From contig OZ024740.1 in the NCBI GenBank assembly GCA_964016885.1, positions 87,482,001 to 87,546,000 of the forward strand: a stretch of DNA of 64,000 nt. Reading direction: 5' to 3'. How positions within the stretch are numbered: the first letter of the stretch is position 1; each line of letters opens with the position of its first letter. A model generated the notes under the pieces. It saw only the letters and a list, made by a program, of their open reading frames with translations, did not search any database and was not told the DNA's origin. Source of the DNA: Eledone cirrhosa (lineage: Eukaryota). Shown here piece after piece: positions 1 to 13,255 of this stretch. Made by a program: the position numbers and the translations under genes.

Positions 1-505
1 GGAGTAGGTAGACCCAGAAAAACCTGGGATTATCTGAAAAATTCCGACCTCACATACTTACATCTCTCTAAGACAGTGTCTCTGGACCAAGATCTTTGGC
101 GCTACGTAGTAATACAGAAGACCCGCCTTGCCTATGTACAAATCGAAACCTCTAGTCAGTAGGCACCTCTTAACCAAATATACACCCCAATCTACTACCC
201 TTACCCTATCCTCCCACTCCCACCAACAGCACGAGAAAATGAGATCGAGTTTGTGTAGGTGTCACGACAAAAAAAACACACACAGTCCACACTGTAATGT
301 GGCCGTGTATGTAACACGGTAAAAAGTTCCCAGTTCCACACTGTAAATGTGGTTGGTGTTAGGATGGGCATCCAGCCATAGAAAACCTGCCAGATAGTCT
401 TATATGAGTGAGACACGGTCACCCGACCAGCCTTGCCGCAAGTGGGACAACTCCCGTCTAACCCATGCTAGCGTGGAAAATGGACATTAAACGAAGATGA
501 TGATA
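1..505 (+). mobile_element. RTE-clade LINE family A, 3' end (ORF C-terminus, 3' UTR, (GAT)n tail); continues upstream of the window
   Basis: Frame 1 reads GVGRPRKTWDY, the C-terminal G-RPR-W motif typical of RTE ORFs. The 3' UTR matches the copies at 7480-7771, 20350-20733 and 53940-54324. It ends ACCCATGCTAGCGTGGAAAATGGACATTAAACGAAGATGATGAT. Confidence 0.9.
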
Positions 506-581
506 TATATGTATATATATATATATATATGTATATGTATATATATGTATATATATATATATATAGATATATATATATATG

Positions 582-616
<35 letters not shown>
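506..616. repeat. (TA)n microsatellite with TG/GA interruptions
   Basis: Direct reading. Confidence 0.95.
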
Positions 617-1211
617 GTCAGGTCACCAGTTGGTGCTACTGGTAACATGTATCCCAGTACAACCTGTCTCATGGTCGGGTCGTTGGCGACTAAACTGGCA
701 ACCCCACCAAGGATTCTTGGTGAGGAAGGTGACTTTGGACATCCTGCAGGACTAAAAACAAAACCTGTCAAAGGGCAAATAGCTCTTAAAAGTCAATGGC
801 CATCCAAAATCACCGGGAGAGATGACCCCTTAGCCCTTGTCAAGGCAGAATTCTAGGAGAAGGAAAACTCTGATATAACACCTGCAACTCTGATGGTATC
901 CAATGATGTTGACTTGTTCTTCTTTTTGGTAAATATCATCTTGGTTAAGAGAGTGGGACTGGCTTTGTGCAGTGCCTTTGCTCACTATAAAAGCTTCACG
1001 GCACAGGCATTGCTTTTATCTGGAGATCTCTCTGCACTTGTCGTCACATGGTACCATGGGCCCAGCACTATGTGTCAATAATTGTCACAAGTGTAGTGTT
1101 TGTACCAGAGTTTTCAAGTCGCTGGCTGGACTAAAAAGTCACATTCGGTAGGGGTTCTCCTACATGGATATAAAGTAGTGGCCGTACTCGAAAACGAGTT
1201 GGCAGCCACCA
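617..1211 (+). mobile_element. Unclassified GC-richer dispersed repeat, possibly a LINE 5' UTR-derived segment, between two (TA)n tracts
   Basis: About 620-800 is clearly homologous to the reverse complement of about 47975-48155 (GTGCTACTGGTA..CCCAGTACAACCTGTC..GCGACTAAAC.GGCAACCC). No credible ORF. The RTE 5' UTR assignment is from recall only. Confidence 0.5.
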
Positions 1212-1227
1212 TATATATATATATATT

Positions 1228-1496
1228 GTCCGGGTGATGTGTTGTTTCCTTGAGCAAGACACTTTATTTCACATTGCTCCAGTTTACTCAGCTGTAGAAA
1301 TGAGATGATAGGACTGGGGTCCCTCTCATTCCACTACAAAGTGGTCGTGGAGGTGCCACGGCAAAAAAAGCACCCACCACTCACTGTAAATGAGGTTGGT
1401 GTTAGGAAGGGCATCGAGCTGTAGAAATCAAGCCAGACTCAGTTCCCGTCTCACCCTTGCAAGCAGGGAAAAGCGGACGTAAAATGATGATGATGA
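1228..1496 (+). mobile_element. 5'-truncated tRNA-derived SINE with CORE-like body and RTE-derived 3' end
   Basis: Has GTGTTGTTTCCTTGAGCAAGACACTTTA..ACTCAGCTGTAGAAATGAG (CORE-like), then the hairpin module shared with the RTE-B 3' UTR, then a (GAT)n tail. Same family as 21178-21522. Confidence 0.85.
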
Positions 1497-2334
1497 TATA
1501 TATATATATATATATATATACATAATCCATCTTATCTATAGTTTGGAGTAGAAGTTTGAAACCAGAAAGAAGTGGCGGCACAAAAGAGAACAGTCATTGA
1601 GGAGGTCATAGAATGTATGGCAAAAGAACTTTGATGAACGAATGAATAACAAGCAATAAAGATTAAGTGAAAATCACACTGTGTGTTTCTTATATACATA
1701 TATATATTACATACATGCATCAACCACATATATTACACACATGCATATATGTATTCATATATATTCTGTTTAATTTTTAAGGAGTTTGGAAAAATCAAAT
1801 ATATGTAATTTGTATGTGTGTGTGTGGCACAAAGGCCAGGGGATGAAGGTCATATGACTATGCAAAAATTAGAACAATGTTGAATCAATGATTAAAGGTG
1901 CAGAAAGAGCTGTGTATTTATTGTGTTATATTTATTGATATATATTTTTTTGTAGTTTTCATTTTTAGAAGTTGCAGGTAAAAACAGTTAATAGCTGTTC
2001 AAGCAATATTTGATGAAATATTTAAAAAGTATTGTTTTTGCTCCTTTCTGAGGCAAATTGAAAGAGAGAGATATGTAGGGGAGAGATTAGAATGGTATCT
2101 CTATGTTGGGAGAAAGAAAAAATATATATGTATATATGTGTTTCAGTGTGTGTGTATTTTTTCACCCAATGAAATTATTTGTATGTGTGAGTGTGTGTGC
2201 GTGCGCACACACACACTTTATACTGAGATAAGATTGGAAAAGTTTTCACAATAAACTCAAAGTAGTTTCTGAAAAATAGAATAGAAAATGAAATACTGAT
2301 TATAAATTGTATGCTCTTTTCATTTTATATAGGT

Positions 2335-2480
2335 GAACAGCTTAGTGGTTTGAGTTTTTGTCTCACAATCATATGGCAGGGAATTCGATTCTCAGACCAG
2401 CAGTTAGTTGTTTTCTAGGGCAGGGGGCGTTATTTAAGGTTGTTCCTATTTACTCAGCTTGCAGAAATGAGTTTTGCCTG
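2335..2480 (+). mobile_element. Old degenerate CORE-like SINE
   Basis: A-box-like AGCTTAGTGG, B-box-like AATTCGATTC, then CTCAGACCAG and TTTACTCAGCTTGCAGAAATGAG as in younger copies. Confidence 0.6.
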
Positions 2481-2736
2481 TAAATTAGGAGGCAAGCCTT
2501 GATTTCCCCCGAGTTCTATTTCACATTAATTGAATCAACTTGAATTCTTGATGGGTATGAGGAGATGATCATAGTTTAAAAAGGTACTCAATACATGAAT
2601 TGAATATAGGCATCTTTATTTTGTATAGAAATGACATCTGAAATCATTATATAGAGTCGGGCCTGATCAATCGCAAAACGCATGTCACTACTCAATAAAT
2701 GTAATGAAAACCTAGCACTTTGTTCTTTTTATTATT

Positions 2737-2768
<32 letters not shown>

Positions 2769-2827
2769 AAGATACGTAACTAATCTCTTGGACTCCAGGT
2801 ACTGAGAATATAAAGTTAATATAAAAA

Positions 2828-2990
2828 AATGATGTACCCATGCATGGAGATGCTATAAAATAAGTTATAAAATAAGGTGACCCTTAAAAGGCGGGGGAAA
2901 AAGTTGCCATCAGGCGATGGCCACTTCTTTTTCCATCTTTTAAGGATCTTCACCTTATTTTAAAGCATCTCTGCACGTGAGTACATCATT
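2828..2990. mobile_element. Palindromic (foldback) MITE-like element
   Basis: Imperfect inverted arms along the whole length: AATGATGTAC..GAGATGCT..GGTGA..CCTTAAAAG..GCCATC versus GATGGC..CTTTTAAGG..TCACC..AGCATCTC..GTACATCATT. A partial second copy lies at 61859-61945. Confidence 0.7.
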
Positions 2991-3008
2991 CTTTACACAG
3001 ACACACAA

Positions 3009-3011
<3 letters not shown>

Positions 3012-3077
<66 letters not shown>

Positions 3078-3113
3078 TGTATGTATGTATGTATGTATGT
3101 GTGTGTGTATGTA

Positions 3114-3171
<58 letters not shown>
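3012..3171. repeat. Compound microsatellite (TA)n(TATG)n(TG)n
   Basis: Direct reading. Confidence 0.95.
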
Positions 3172-3172
<1 letters not shown>

Positions 3173-4239
3173 CAAAATGAAACCAAAATTAAAAACAAAC
3201 AGATTTCTTGTTGCAGTAAGTATATTGCCTAAGTTTGCTTTTACATTGCCACTTAGATTTCAGAACATTTTTGCTTTGTTTTGGATTTTTTAAAACAAAA
3301 ATTGCAACAACAAAAATCAATAAATAAATAATAAAACAACTACATTTCCTATAGCAATATATTAATCAATATATTTCTGAGTCAATAAATATCACAAGAG
3401 AATCTGTTAACACCTGGTTAGTCAAGTATATGAATGAAGAACAGCAAAATATAAATTAAGCAATAGATAAGGCTTTCATTTATGATTTTTAAACTTAAGC
3501 ATTATACTTTAGTCGTTCAATTTCACAATAGTTTTGTGAAAATAAACACTTCACGCAAAGTAGTGAAGATGAAACTAGTTTTAAACAATGAATAATGCTT
3601 TCACATACTTTGTTTAAAGTACACAAGATTCTCAGTCTATTTTAAAAGTTATTTTCGATAACATGGAACTAGAATCTTTCTACTCTAATGTATTTTCTAC
3701 AGGGAATGGGGGCTGAAGACTGTCAACAGTCAACAGAGAAAACCTACAACATGCAACAGTTTTAAAATACTGGAGGCTAACTGCCACAGATGAGCTAATA
3801 TACATTAGATGGACTGCTGCCTGATTGATGTAAAATGTGTAAGAGGGATAAAAGGGAATATATAGAAAAACATAGGGAGGGAAGGAAGGCAGCCCAGGGA
3901 TGTTAACAGGGAAATGGGTGTTGAAGAAGACAAGACAAGCAGATGGACAGAGAAAGATAGATAAAAAGAGATTAATAGATATAATGAGGGGGGGGGGGGA
4001 TAAGAGAAAAATCTGACTGAAAGATAATAAAAGTCAGGGAAACAGACAGACAAAGATAATGGGAGGAGTTAGATTGAGGGAAGGAACAAAGATAATGACA
4101 GTATGTAAAACAGAGATATTATGTGTGTAAGAAAGACACATGAAAATGAAGAGTAAGTGCAACAGACTGACTGATATAAAGACTAAAAAAGTGGAGAAGA
4201 AATAGCTTTCTAGCTAATTCCCCCAGATCCCATTCGCCA

Positions 4240-4376
4240 ACGTCCCTTTACGGTCTGAGTTCAAATCCCGCCGAGGTTCACTTTGCCTTTCATCCTTACG
4301 GGGGTCGATATTATAAAGTACCAGTAATGCCCTGGTAATTGCTGGCCTTGTGCCTAAAGTAGAAACAATTATTATT
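4240..4376 (+). mobile_element. 5'-truncated tRNA-derived SINE with Meta-like domain and (ATT)n tail
   Basis: B box GAGTTCAAATCC, body CTTTGCCTTTCATCCTT..GGGGTCGATA..AAGTACCAG (resembles the MetaSINE central domain), 3' end GGCCTTGTGCCTAAAGTAGAAACAATTATT. Confidence 0.85.
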
Positions 4377-4377
4377 T

Positions 4378-7300
4378 GGTCCAATCATAATTCAGGGGCT
4401 TATAATATGTTTCTCTTACCACAAAACCACTGCCTCAGCTATCACTCCTTAAATTTAGACCTGGTTGCTTTTCGATATGCTAGATGGACTATAGAATTCT
4501 GGAGAGTCTAAAGAATCTGGACACTCAATGTCAAAGATAAAGATAAATTCACCTCATGTTGCCGGACGAGAATGCAAGGACTCCTCTTTATTTTGGCCGC
4601 GGATGGCTAACATAACCCCGTCCCCCTCACCCCTCCCTGTGCCTCCAACCCATCCTTCTCACCCACCAAACACAATCCAAAACTTCAGAGTTGGTACCAT
4701 GAATGTAGGCACTTTAAAAGGTCGCTCTAACGAGGTTGTAGAGATACTTGAACGTAAGGAAGTTGATGTTTGCTGTGTGCAAGAGACCAGGTGGAGAGGT
4801 AGGTCTGCTAGATTCATTGTGGGTAAAAAACGATGCTATAAACTTTTCTGGGTGGGAAATGACAATGGGCTGGGTGGAGTAGGAATTATGTTAGCAGAAA
4901 AATGGGTAGATAAGGTAATAAACGTAAATAGAGTGAACAACAGGATAATTAAAATAAGACTTGTCGGTAATAGAACTACTGTGACAATATCCGCGTATGC
5001 ACCCCAATCCGGACTGCCTGGCGTTATAAAAGACAGATTCTATGAGTCGCTAATGCTCACTACCTCCCAAATAACCGACAGTGACTACATTATTTCTGGC
5101 GACCTAAATGGTCATGTTGGACAACATTGTGACGGCTATGACGGAATCCATGGAGGCTATGGGTTTGGTACTAGAAATGAGGAAGGCTTCAGAATCCTGG
5201 AATTCTGTGACACTATTAACCTAACTATCTGTAACACAAGCTTCAAAAAACGAGACAATCACTTGATCACCTATAGATCAGGGGAACACACCAGTCAGAT
5301 AGGTTATATCCTTACCAGAAGACGTGACAGTGTCTGTTGTAAACACTAAATCCCTCCCCCGTGAAGAATGCACTTCCCAACATAGCCTCATAGTTAGTGA
5401 CCTAATAGTCAGGACGAGGCGTACTCGACAATAGAGGAGGACTACCCTAAGGAAAAGAATATGGAAGTTAAAGGACCCCACAGCCAGTAACAAATTTCAA
5501 AGCATATTACTTGATGCATTTGACAGTAAGGAAGAGCAATTAGAGACGTTCAATAGAGAGGAACAGTGGGAATTCCTGTAAGTCAAGCTGCTGAAGGCGA
5601 CAGATGAAATCTGTGGCTGGAGCAGACCTATAGGCAGGAGGGGTAACATGGTGGTGGAATAGTAAAGTGGAGGAGTCAATCAAGGCCAAAAAGCAGGCTT
5701 GGAAAGTATGGCGAGATGGGGGAAGTAGAGAACACTATCAAGTGGCCAGGAGGGAAGCTAGGAGATAAGTGTACTTTGCAAGAAGGGAAGCAGAGGAAAG
5801 AAAGTTCAAGCATGTTCTACAACGTGAAGTGTTCAGGATTGCTAGGCAATGTGTCAAGGAAAACCGTGATATTGTCTGGGAGAAGTGTGTCCGTAATGAT
5901 GATGGTGTACTTGCCATCACTGATGCTGATAAGAAGGTAGCTTGGAAGTGTCACTACGAGAGGCTACTAAATGAAGAGAATAAATGGGAAAAAGATATTC
6001 TGCCCCACATCGATCCAATAGAGGGACCAGCAGTGCAAGTTGAAGGTAGTATAATGAGTAAGGCAATCAAAGATATGAAGACAGGCAAGGCAGCTGGGCC
6101 TTCGGAGATAGTTGCTGAAATGTTGAAAGCATCTGGAACAGTGGTACACACTATGGTCACACGAATAGTAAACCAAGTCATACAGAACGGGGTCATACCC
6201 AATGACTGGCATAGCAGCATCATCATTAACTGCTACAAGGGTAAAGGAGATGCCCTAGATAGGGGAAACTATAGAGGCATTAAATTAATTGACCAGGCCA
6301 TGAAGGTCACAGAAAAAGTTATAGCGCAACTAATCAGAGAGCGAATTGATCTAGACGAAATGCAATTTGGTTTTGTGTCAGGTAAAATTACCACAGACGC
6401 CCTTTTCCTTGTACGACAACTACAGGAGTAGCTAAAAATAAACCCCTATACTTAGCTTTTGTTGACTTGGAGAAAGCATTTGACAGAGTCCCCCGCGCCA
6501 TTATCTGGAGGGCCCTTAGAAACCTAAGGATTGATGAATGGCTTGTGAGAGCTATACAAGCTATGTATAAAGAAACAGTCAGCAAGGTTAGAATTAACAA
6601 CGAATATAGTGAAGTATTTAGCGTAAGAGTTGGTGTTCATCAGGGCTCTGTCCTTAGCCCCCTCCTATTTATTATTGCCCTTCAGGCTATAACAGAGGAG
6701 TTGAAGACCGGTTGCCCATGGGAACTTCTATATGCAGATGATGTAATGTTCATAGCTGAATCGATGGCTAAACTAGAGAAGAAATTCCAAACATGGAAGC
6801 ATGGCCTAGAATCAAAAGCCTTAAAGTTAACTTGTCTAAGACTAAAGTTCTAGTATGTAGGAAGGAAAATAGGACACAGGTCCCCTCTGGGAAATGGCCA
6901 TGCTCAGTGTGCAGGGAAGGAGTAGGCAGAAATTCAATTTTATGTCCCAAATGCAAAGTATGAGTGCATAAAAGATGTAGTGGGATCATAGGTAAACTAT
7001 CTAAGAACATAGATTTTATATGTGGCTGGTGCTCAGGTGCAATAAGTAGCAAATGCCCACAGGATACTAGCTCCTATTGCCCAGATGGCTCTATAGAAAT
7101 AGTGGACAATTTCCATTACCTGGGTGACAAAATCAGCAGTGGTGGAGGGTGCTCTGAGAGTACAGTAGCCAAGGTCAGAACGGGATGGAAAAAGTTCAGA
7201 GAGCTTATACCACTATTGGCCGCTCAAGTTTTCTCTCTAAAAATGAAAGGCAGACTGTATGATGCCTGCATACGAACAGCTATGTTACATGGCAGTGAGA

Positions 7301-7771
7301 CATGGGCATTGTGTGCAGAGGATCTGCGCAGACTGGAGAGGAACGAAGCATGCATGCTCTGTTGGATGTGTAATAGTAATATACGTGAACAGCAAAGCAT
7401 AAATGAACTAAGTGAGAAATTTGGTATAAGAGGGATCAGATGCTGTTTACTCGAGAGAAAACTACATTGGTATGGTCAAATACCCCATCAACACCACCCC
7501 TTTCTCTTTAAAGTTATGTTGGTACCACAACATCCACTCCTAAATAAATCGAGGTCGTGTAGGTGTCACGACAAAAAAATACACAGACCACGATGTAATG
7601 TGGCCGTGTAGGTAACACAGTAAAACCCTCCCAGTCCACTCTGTAAACGTGGTTGGTGTTAGGAAGGGCATCTAGCCGTAGAAAACCTACCAGACAGTCA
7701 TATACGAGCGAGACGACCAATCTTGCCTCAAGTGGGACAATTCCCATGACGTTAAATGATGATGATGATGA
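4378..7771 (+). mobile_element. Near full-length RTE-clade LINE, family A (inactive)
   Basis: APE endonuclease followed by RT in one disrupted ORF, then the 3' UTR and (GAT)n tail at 7757-7771. A deletion near 7478 removes the ORF C-terminus. The 5' boundary is approximate. Confidence 0.92.
4681..7476 (+). pseudogene. Disrupted RTE ORF: APE endonuclease + reverse transcriptase with PHD-like insert
   Basis: EN motifs GTMNVGTL, VQETRW, SAYAP, GDLNGHVG. RT motifs [43 protein letters not shown] (6731-6742), YLG. Split by frameshifts and stops (ORF pieces 4528-5349, 5769-6431, 6467-6853, 6964-7476). Confidence 0.92.
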
Positions 7772-9378
7772 AAGGAGACTTTAACAGAAAGCAAGATGTA
7801 GCAACACTCATTTTTTTTATAACTTGTGTTAAAGAATAAATGGATTATATTATTCACTCAGTTATTAGAGTAACAGAAAATATTATTAAACAGATGAACC
7901 GCAAAACCAGAAGCAAAACGAAAAATGAAAAACAATATTTAGACTTTATACTGCTTAAGAAGATTATTGTCAGAATTTTAAAGTTGTATAGTACCTTATT
8001 CCCATTAAAACTATAAACGAAATAATCCAATGATTTATTAAGTAGTCATGCAAATGCCTACTATTGATTCCAATAGAGAAATCGTTTAGTTTATGTTACA
8101 AAATATGAAACTTTTTTTTTTTCCAATGAACAAGACAAGAAAATTATCTAAAACGGATGACAAACTGAAAATATACTAACACACACAACTATATGGTCAT
8201 AACTGGTCTGCTTATTTAGAGCTGACTTAGAGGGTATAAAAACAGACGGCTATTGCAACACCACTACCTAGCTCTTACATGCCATTAGAAAATTTACCTT
8301 TGTTGCAAATATTTGCAGCAAAACTACACTAAGGATAGCTTTCCTTACAAACCAACAAGTAAACCGTTAAATACTTGCTCGACCTGCTAGAAATCGAAGT
8401 CCAATTTCTTCAAATCACATCCTTATGTCTTTAGAAAATACACAGGCAATATAATATTTGAGGAAAAAAAATGCTGTGATCATAGGAGTTTGCTCAGAGC
8501 TAATATGGAGACTTAACAATAATTCCTTCCTTTCCAGTCTGGCCATAAAATAAAACTACTACTACTACTAGTGTGCTTGTTCTTATATATCACCCCCACA
8601 TCACCCATTAATTCAACAGCAAAACTACTAGTTATTGTCTTTTTTTTTCCCCCAGACAGATTTTTGCCATACTGAAAACTGAAACAAGAAATAGACCATT
8701 TAGATAATTAATTAAATAAGTGTTGACATATTTAATGCCGGGGAACATTAACAAGCTAATATATGATGATAACAAAAAAAAACAACATTAACTCAATCAC
8801 TAAAACGGTTACAAATTGTTTATTGGAAATACCCAAATCCCCAAACCTTCAAAATACAAAAGTTTTTCTTGAACTGACATTATTCACCAGAGTATATATA
8901 ATTTATACAAAACTACTACCAGGGTAGTAGCTGAATTAGGAATAAGCTAAATTAGGAAATGTAAATGGATATCATGTTTAGGATTGAGTTCTTTCTATCC
9001 TTGAGCTGTCCCATATAGACACTGTATAAGAACTATACAAATATTCCAAAAGTTGAAATACTTTCAGGCTCAAGCATTTCAGATAGGGGAATCTCAAGCT
9101 GTAGTATAATTTTAGTTAGGATGGGAGACAACTCCAGGTATGATTCAGATGGATTAGACTTATTAAGTGAAGCAATATTTCATAATACTTGCCACCATAG
9201 TGATGAGATTCTCTAAGTAGCTGTACAATATAGTACACAAGTAGGTGTGAAAATGAGCATATTTGGGAGAATAAATCACTCAGAGAAATTGACAAATGCT
9301 ATCCGCATGAAAAATAATCACTGACCCTATACTAAATAATGGTTTCCAAGAACCAAAATGCTCTTTCCAAAAGAAAAC

Positions 9379-9480
9379 CACTATTTCCAGCTAATAAAGC
9401 ATTGGTTGTATTGAAAATAATAGGTTGCACTATTTCCAGCTAATAAAGTATTTGGTTGTATTCAAAATAATAGCTTGCAC
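9379..9480. repeat. Tandem duplication, 2 x ~50 bp
   Basis: CACTATTTCCAGCTAATAAAG..TTGGTTGTATT.AAAATAATAG.TTG occurs twice in tandem. Confidence 0.85.
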
Positions 9481-12062
9481 TGATTCACGCGGAAATTTTT
9501 TTAGGATTTTTTTTTTTCTTTCCAATTTTTAGAATTTCAGATTATAGTCCCAGTTATCACTCTCATTCACACAGAAATGTGTGTGTTTGTATCTAAGAAC
9601 ACAAATGTGTTTAGGCATTTGTGTTTGTGCATGCATGCATTCAAGTGTGCATACACACAGTCATGTTTGTTATGTTTGAATGCAGTGTTCTTTAGTTGGG
9701 TTACACCAGTGTTTCCTAAACATACTTTGTTACAGAACCCAGGACTATATGTCACGGGCAATTGTCACCATTCTACGTTTAACAAGACATTAAAAGAAAC
9801 ATTGTATTAGAGAGGGAAATTTATTTATATAAAACAATATAATTAATCCTTTTGATGACAACCTGTCCAAAACTTCTTTGAGTTTTATGATAAGCTGCAC
9901 TACCCATTTGAAAGGGTTCTTAGATTAAAATCTTTCAACATGATTTTATATGAATGTTTTAAGCTGGTATAAATACCATCTAAATACTGAAATAAGTTTA
10001 GTAAATCCTTCTAAATTATTCAGCCAATTCGAATACAGTGGATTATTTCATTAAAAATATGGTAATGAAAGGGATAATGATGTAACTACAATTTGTGCTC
10101 TCCAAGCTGTACTTGCCCCCCCCCCCCCAAAAAAAAAAACAATATGCATCAAACTTTTTTAACGAGAATTGCCACAATTCCCCTTGTATCTAGCTACATG
10201 ATTGTTTTAATACCCTTTTTACTAACAAAAACAGTCCTCATACTCATGATGGGGTCTTTCTTGAGGCAAATCTTTGTGGCCAGATGCCCTTCCTGGTGCC
10301 AACTCTTTTAGTCACCTCTTACAACATACAGTGATGGGGTGTACCTATTTTAAATTGGATACATACAGCACTGCATACAATAACTTTTTTTTAATTAAAT
10401 TTAGAGAAGATGTAAGATGCCCAAGCACATAGAATAATGGCATTATAGTTAGTTACTATAAAATAGCTGTTGCCAACATCTTTTTCTGCCTCTAATGGTC
10501 TCTACCTGATTTTTATAAACTATTTTAAAGCAACTAACTGTAATTGCAGTTAATTTATGCATTTGAGCATCTATAAATTTATTTCCTCAGTGCTTCATTA
10601 GTTCGATAGTTTGAGCTTCACACATGTTTGTTTTTTTATTAAATTTCATGGAGCCTCAAAGATTTTTTCAGGGAAGCCTGGAATACTTTAGGACCCATTT
10701 TAGGAAACAGTGCATTAGACACCTTTATTGGGTTTTATAACCTCTTTGTTCCCTATTACTATAGTGAGAAAGAACAGAACAGAGTTATAGCTAACAGTAA
10801 AATCTCTGCAAGAGAATAACCAAGATATAATCAAGAATGTAAATATTTTCATGTTGGAATACATCTGTTTTATCAAATATTCTTTTTTTAAATACATTCC
10901 TTCAATTCAAACATATATACTAATGGGAATGAATTTCATGTTATTTTAAGGTGTTTATAACTCAGTGTACATATTTGTGTTGAGAGAATGAAAATATCTT
11001 ATAATATAAATATATTCTATAAAATGAAAGTCTTCCATAATGAAAGTATATACAATCAAAAGTATTTACAATGCTGATTATAACTCTTATATCCTTACAT
11101 ACATAAGATAAATTACCATAAATCCACAAGACCAGTGTTCACCAGTTGTACCATTATTGCTGGTTTTATTTTAAATTACACAACTTTTCTTGAATTTTAT
11201 GAAACATTTTCCTTGATGCCATTATGAATTTGATTCAAATCTAGAGATGAATGTAGCATTCCAGCATCAAGATGGATTAAAACCAGTGGCACTTTTCCAA
11301 CAATAGAAAACCATGATTGACAAGTCTGTCTGTATTCAAATATTGATTAGTTATAAGAAAGAGTTGTAAGTCATAATCATCAATACCAATTATTTACACC
11401 AATAATAATTAGAATATAGCATGCCAGTATGAAACAGTGGGAGTTTATCATAAATAGAATTCATAAAATAAAATAAATTCATGAGTCATAAAGAGTAAAA
11501 CAACAACATTAAACAACAAGCAAACAAAAGGCCTTTATGTGGTCACTAGATCTGCCAAATTCTCTTGGGTCTATCTTAAGAAATGACCCATTGGGTAATG
11601 CAGTCCTTAATAAACAAAGATATTCACAGCTGGAATGCCTTTGATCATAGGTCTACTACATCATTCTCACCTGGGGGTAAACAGTATCAAAGATTACACC
11701 TACTTTCAAAATTCTCCAACTTATGTTCCATTAATAGCATATAGAGGTTCTTGTCACAGGGTGTGCCACTATCATGCTGAACATTCTATTGAATCTATTT
11801 ACTACTCTAGCATAAGTATAAACATACAAACTTTAAGCTATTTTTATACACAATAGGACTTTACCCAGGCTTAACCTTTGTTTCTGAGCATTTATTATTA
11901 GATTTGAAAAATATATTACTACCAGAATATATCATGATACTGCAGGAATGGAATTATTATAAAGATAATTTACTATCTTTGGCTGGTGTCCAGCACTTAT
12001 CTAACACACCCTCAGTTAATTCATAATTAAGTTACCTAGACGATACGAACTATCAACAAATT

Positions 12063-12284
12063 CTACAGGGCCTTCTGAGAATGTATGAGTGGAGACTGAA
12101 AGTTCAAATGCTGACTATGAAAGAGTGATGCTAGTGCTGTGAAATCCTGCATGCATAAATTTCATCACTTCTTATTAATAACTGCACTGTTTCTTTCCAG
12201 CGACTATGTTGAAAAATAAACTACATTTGGTCATTCCATGAGAGTATCTTAGTCAGCATATGAACATTTCAGCTGACCCTTATA
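12063..12284. mobile_element. Degenerate Tc1/mariner-like MITE
   Basis: Inverted ends CTGAAAGTTCA..GCTGAC and GTCAGC..TGAAC.TTTCAG..CCCTTATA. A reverse-complement copy lies at 38073-38265. Confidence 0.6.
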
Positions 12285-13096
12285 TGTGTACCAACAGAAG
12301 AAAAGAGTACTTAATATATGATGTAAGGATTTACATTTCTCAACATCATTTGAAGGATCACATAATTTTGCATGTATGGCTACGTTAAACTCTTAGTAAT
12401 GATGGCGTGAATTCATTGACTGTTTTCCAGCATTCATTTCCTCAGTCATAGCCCATTCCTATATTTTGCATGAAGTAGTTCTGGCTTACATCCATTCTTG
12501 AATAATTTCATGGATGACCTAATTCCTGATATGAAGCAATGTAAAATACCATATACTGCCAAGAAACCTCAAAACTTTCTTGAAATTTGAATAGAGAGTG
12601 AAATAATTTAATCACTTGGCCACCTCACACGTATTCATGCTATATAGATCATTGTATTTACATTCATATCTTTGGATAAAAGTTGTTGAGGCTGTAGAAT
12701 ACTGCCTATTCTTTCTGATATTAGCACTTATTTGTTTTCCAAGTAAGGGACTTTATTACCATTGTCTTTGCAGGACAAACCAATGAGCTGCAAAACAAAC
12801 ATCAGTGCTGCCTCTTGAAACAAGATGGCGTAGGACAGAACAAAGGAGAGGCACAAAAACAAAGAAAAAATTCCCCACTCACTGTGACGAAAGAACTTTC
12901 ACGATATATAAACAACCATCTGGTTGTGGAACCAACCAACCAACCGGAAATTTATAAATTTATTATAATAAATTGAAGTGAAAGCAACTGGTGCGTGTGT
13001 TTCTTATAGGCAACATGACCCTCCCAAAGTATAACAATATCGGTTTCAACACAGGTTTTCAGATAAAGAATCTTGCTAAGCAAATTCAGAAACGAA

Positions 13097-13114
13097 ATAT
13101 ATATATACATATAC

Positions 13115-13197
<83 letters not shown>

Positions 13198-13255
13198 CAT
13201 ATATATATACATATACATATATATATACATATACATATATATACACATATACATA
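13097..13255. repeat. (TA)n/(TATACA)n microsatellite abutting a LINE tail
   Basis: Direct reading. Confidence 0.95.
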
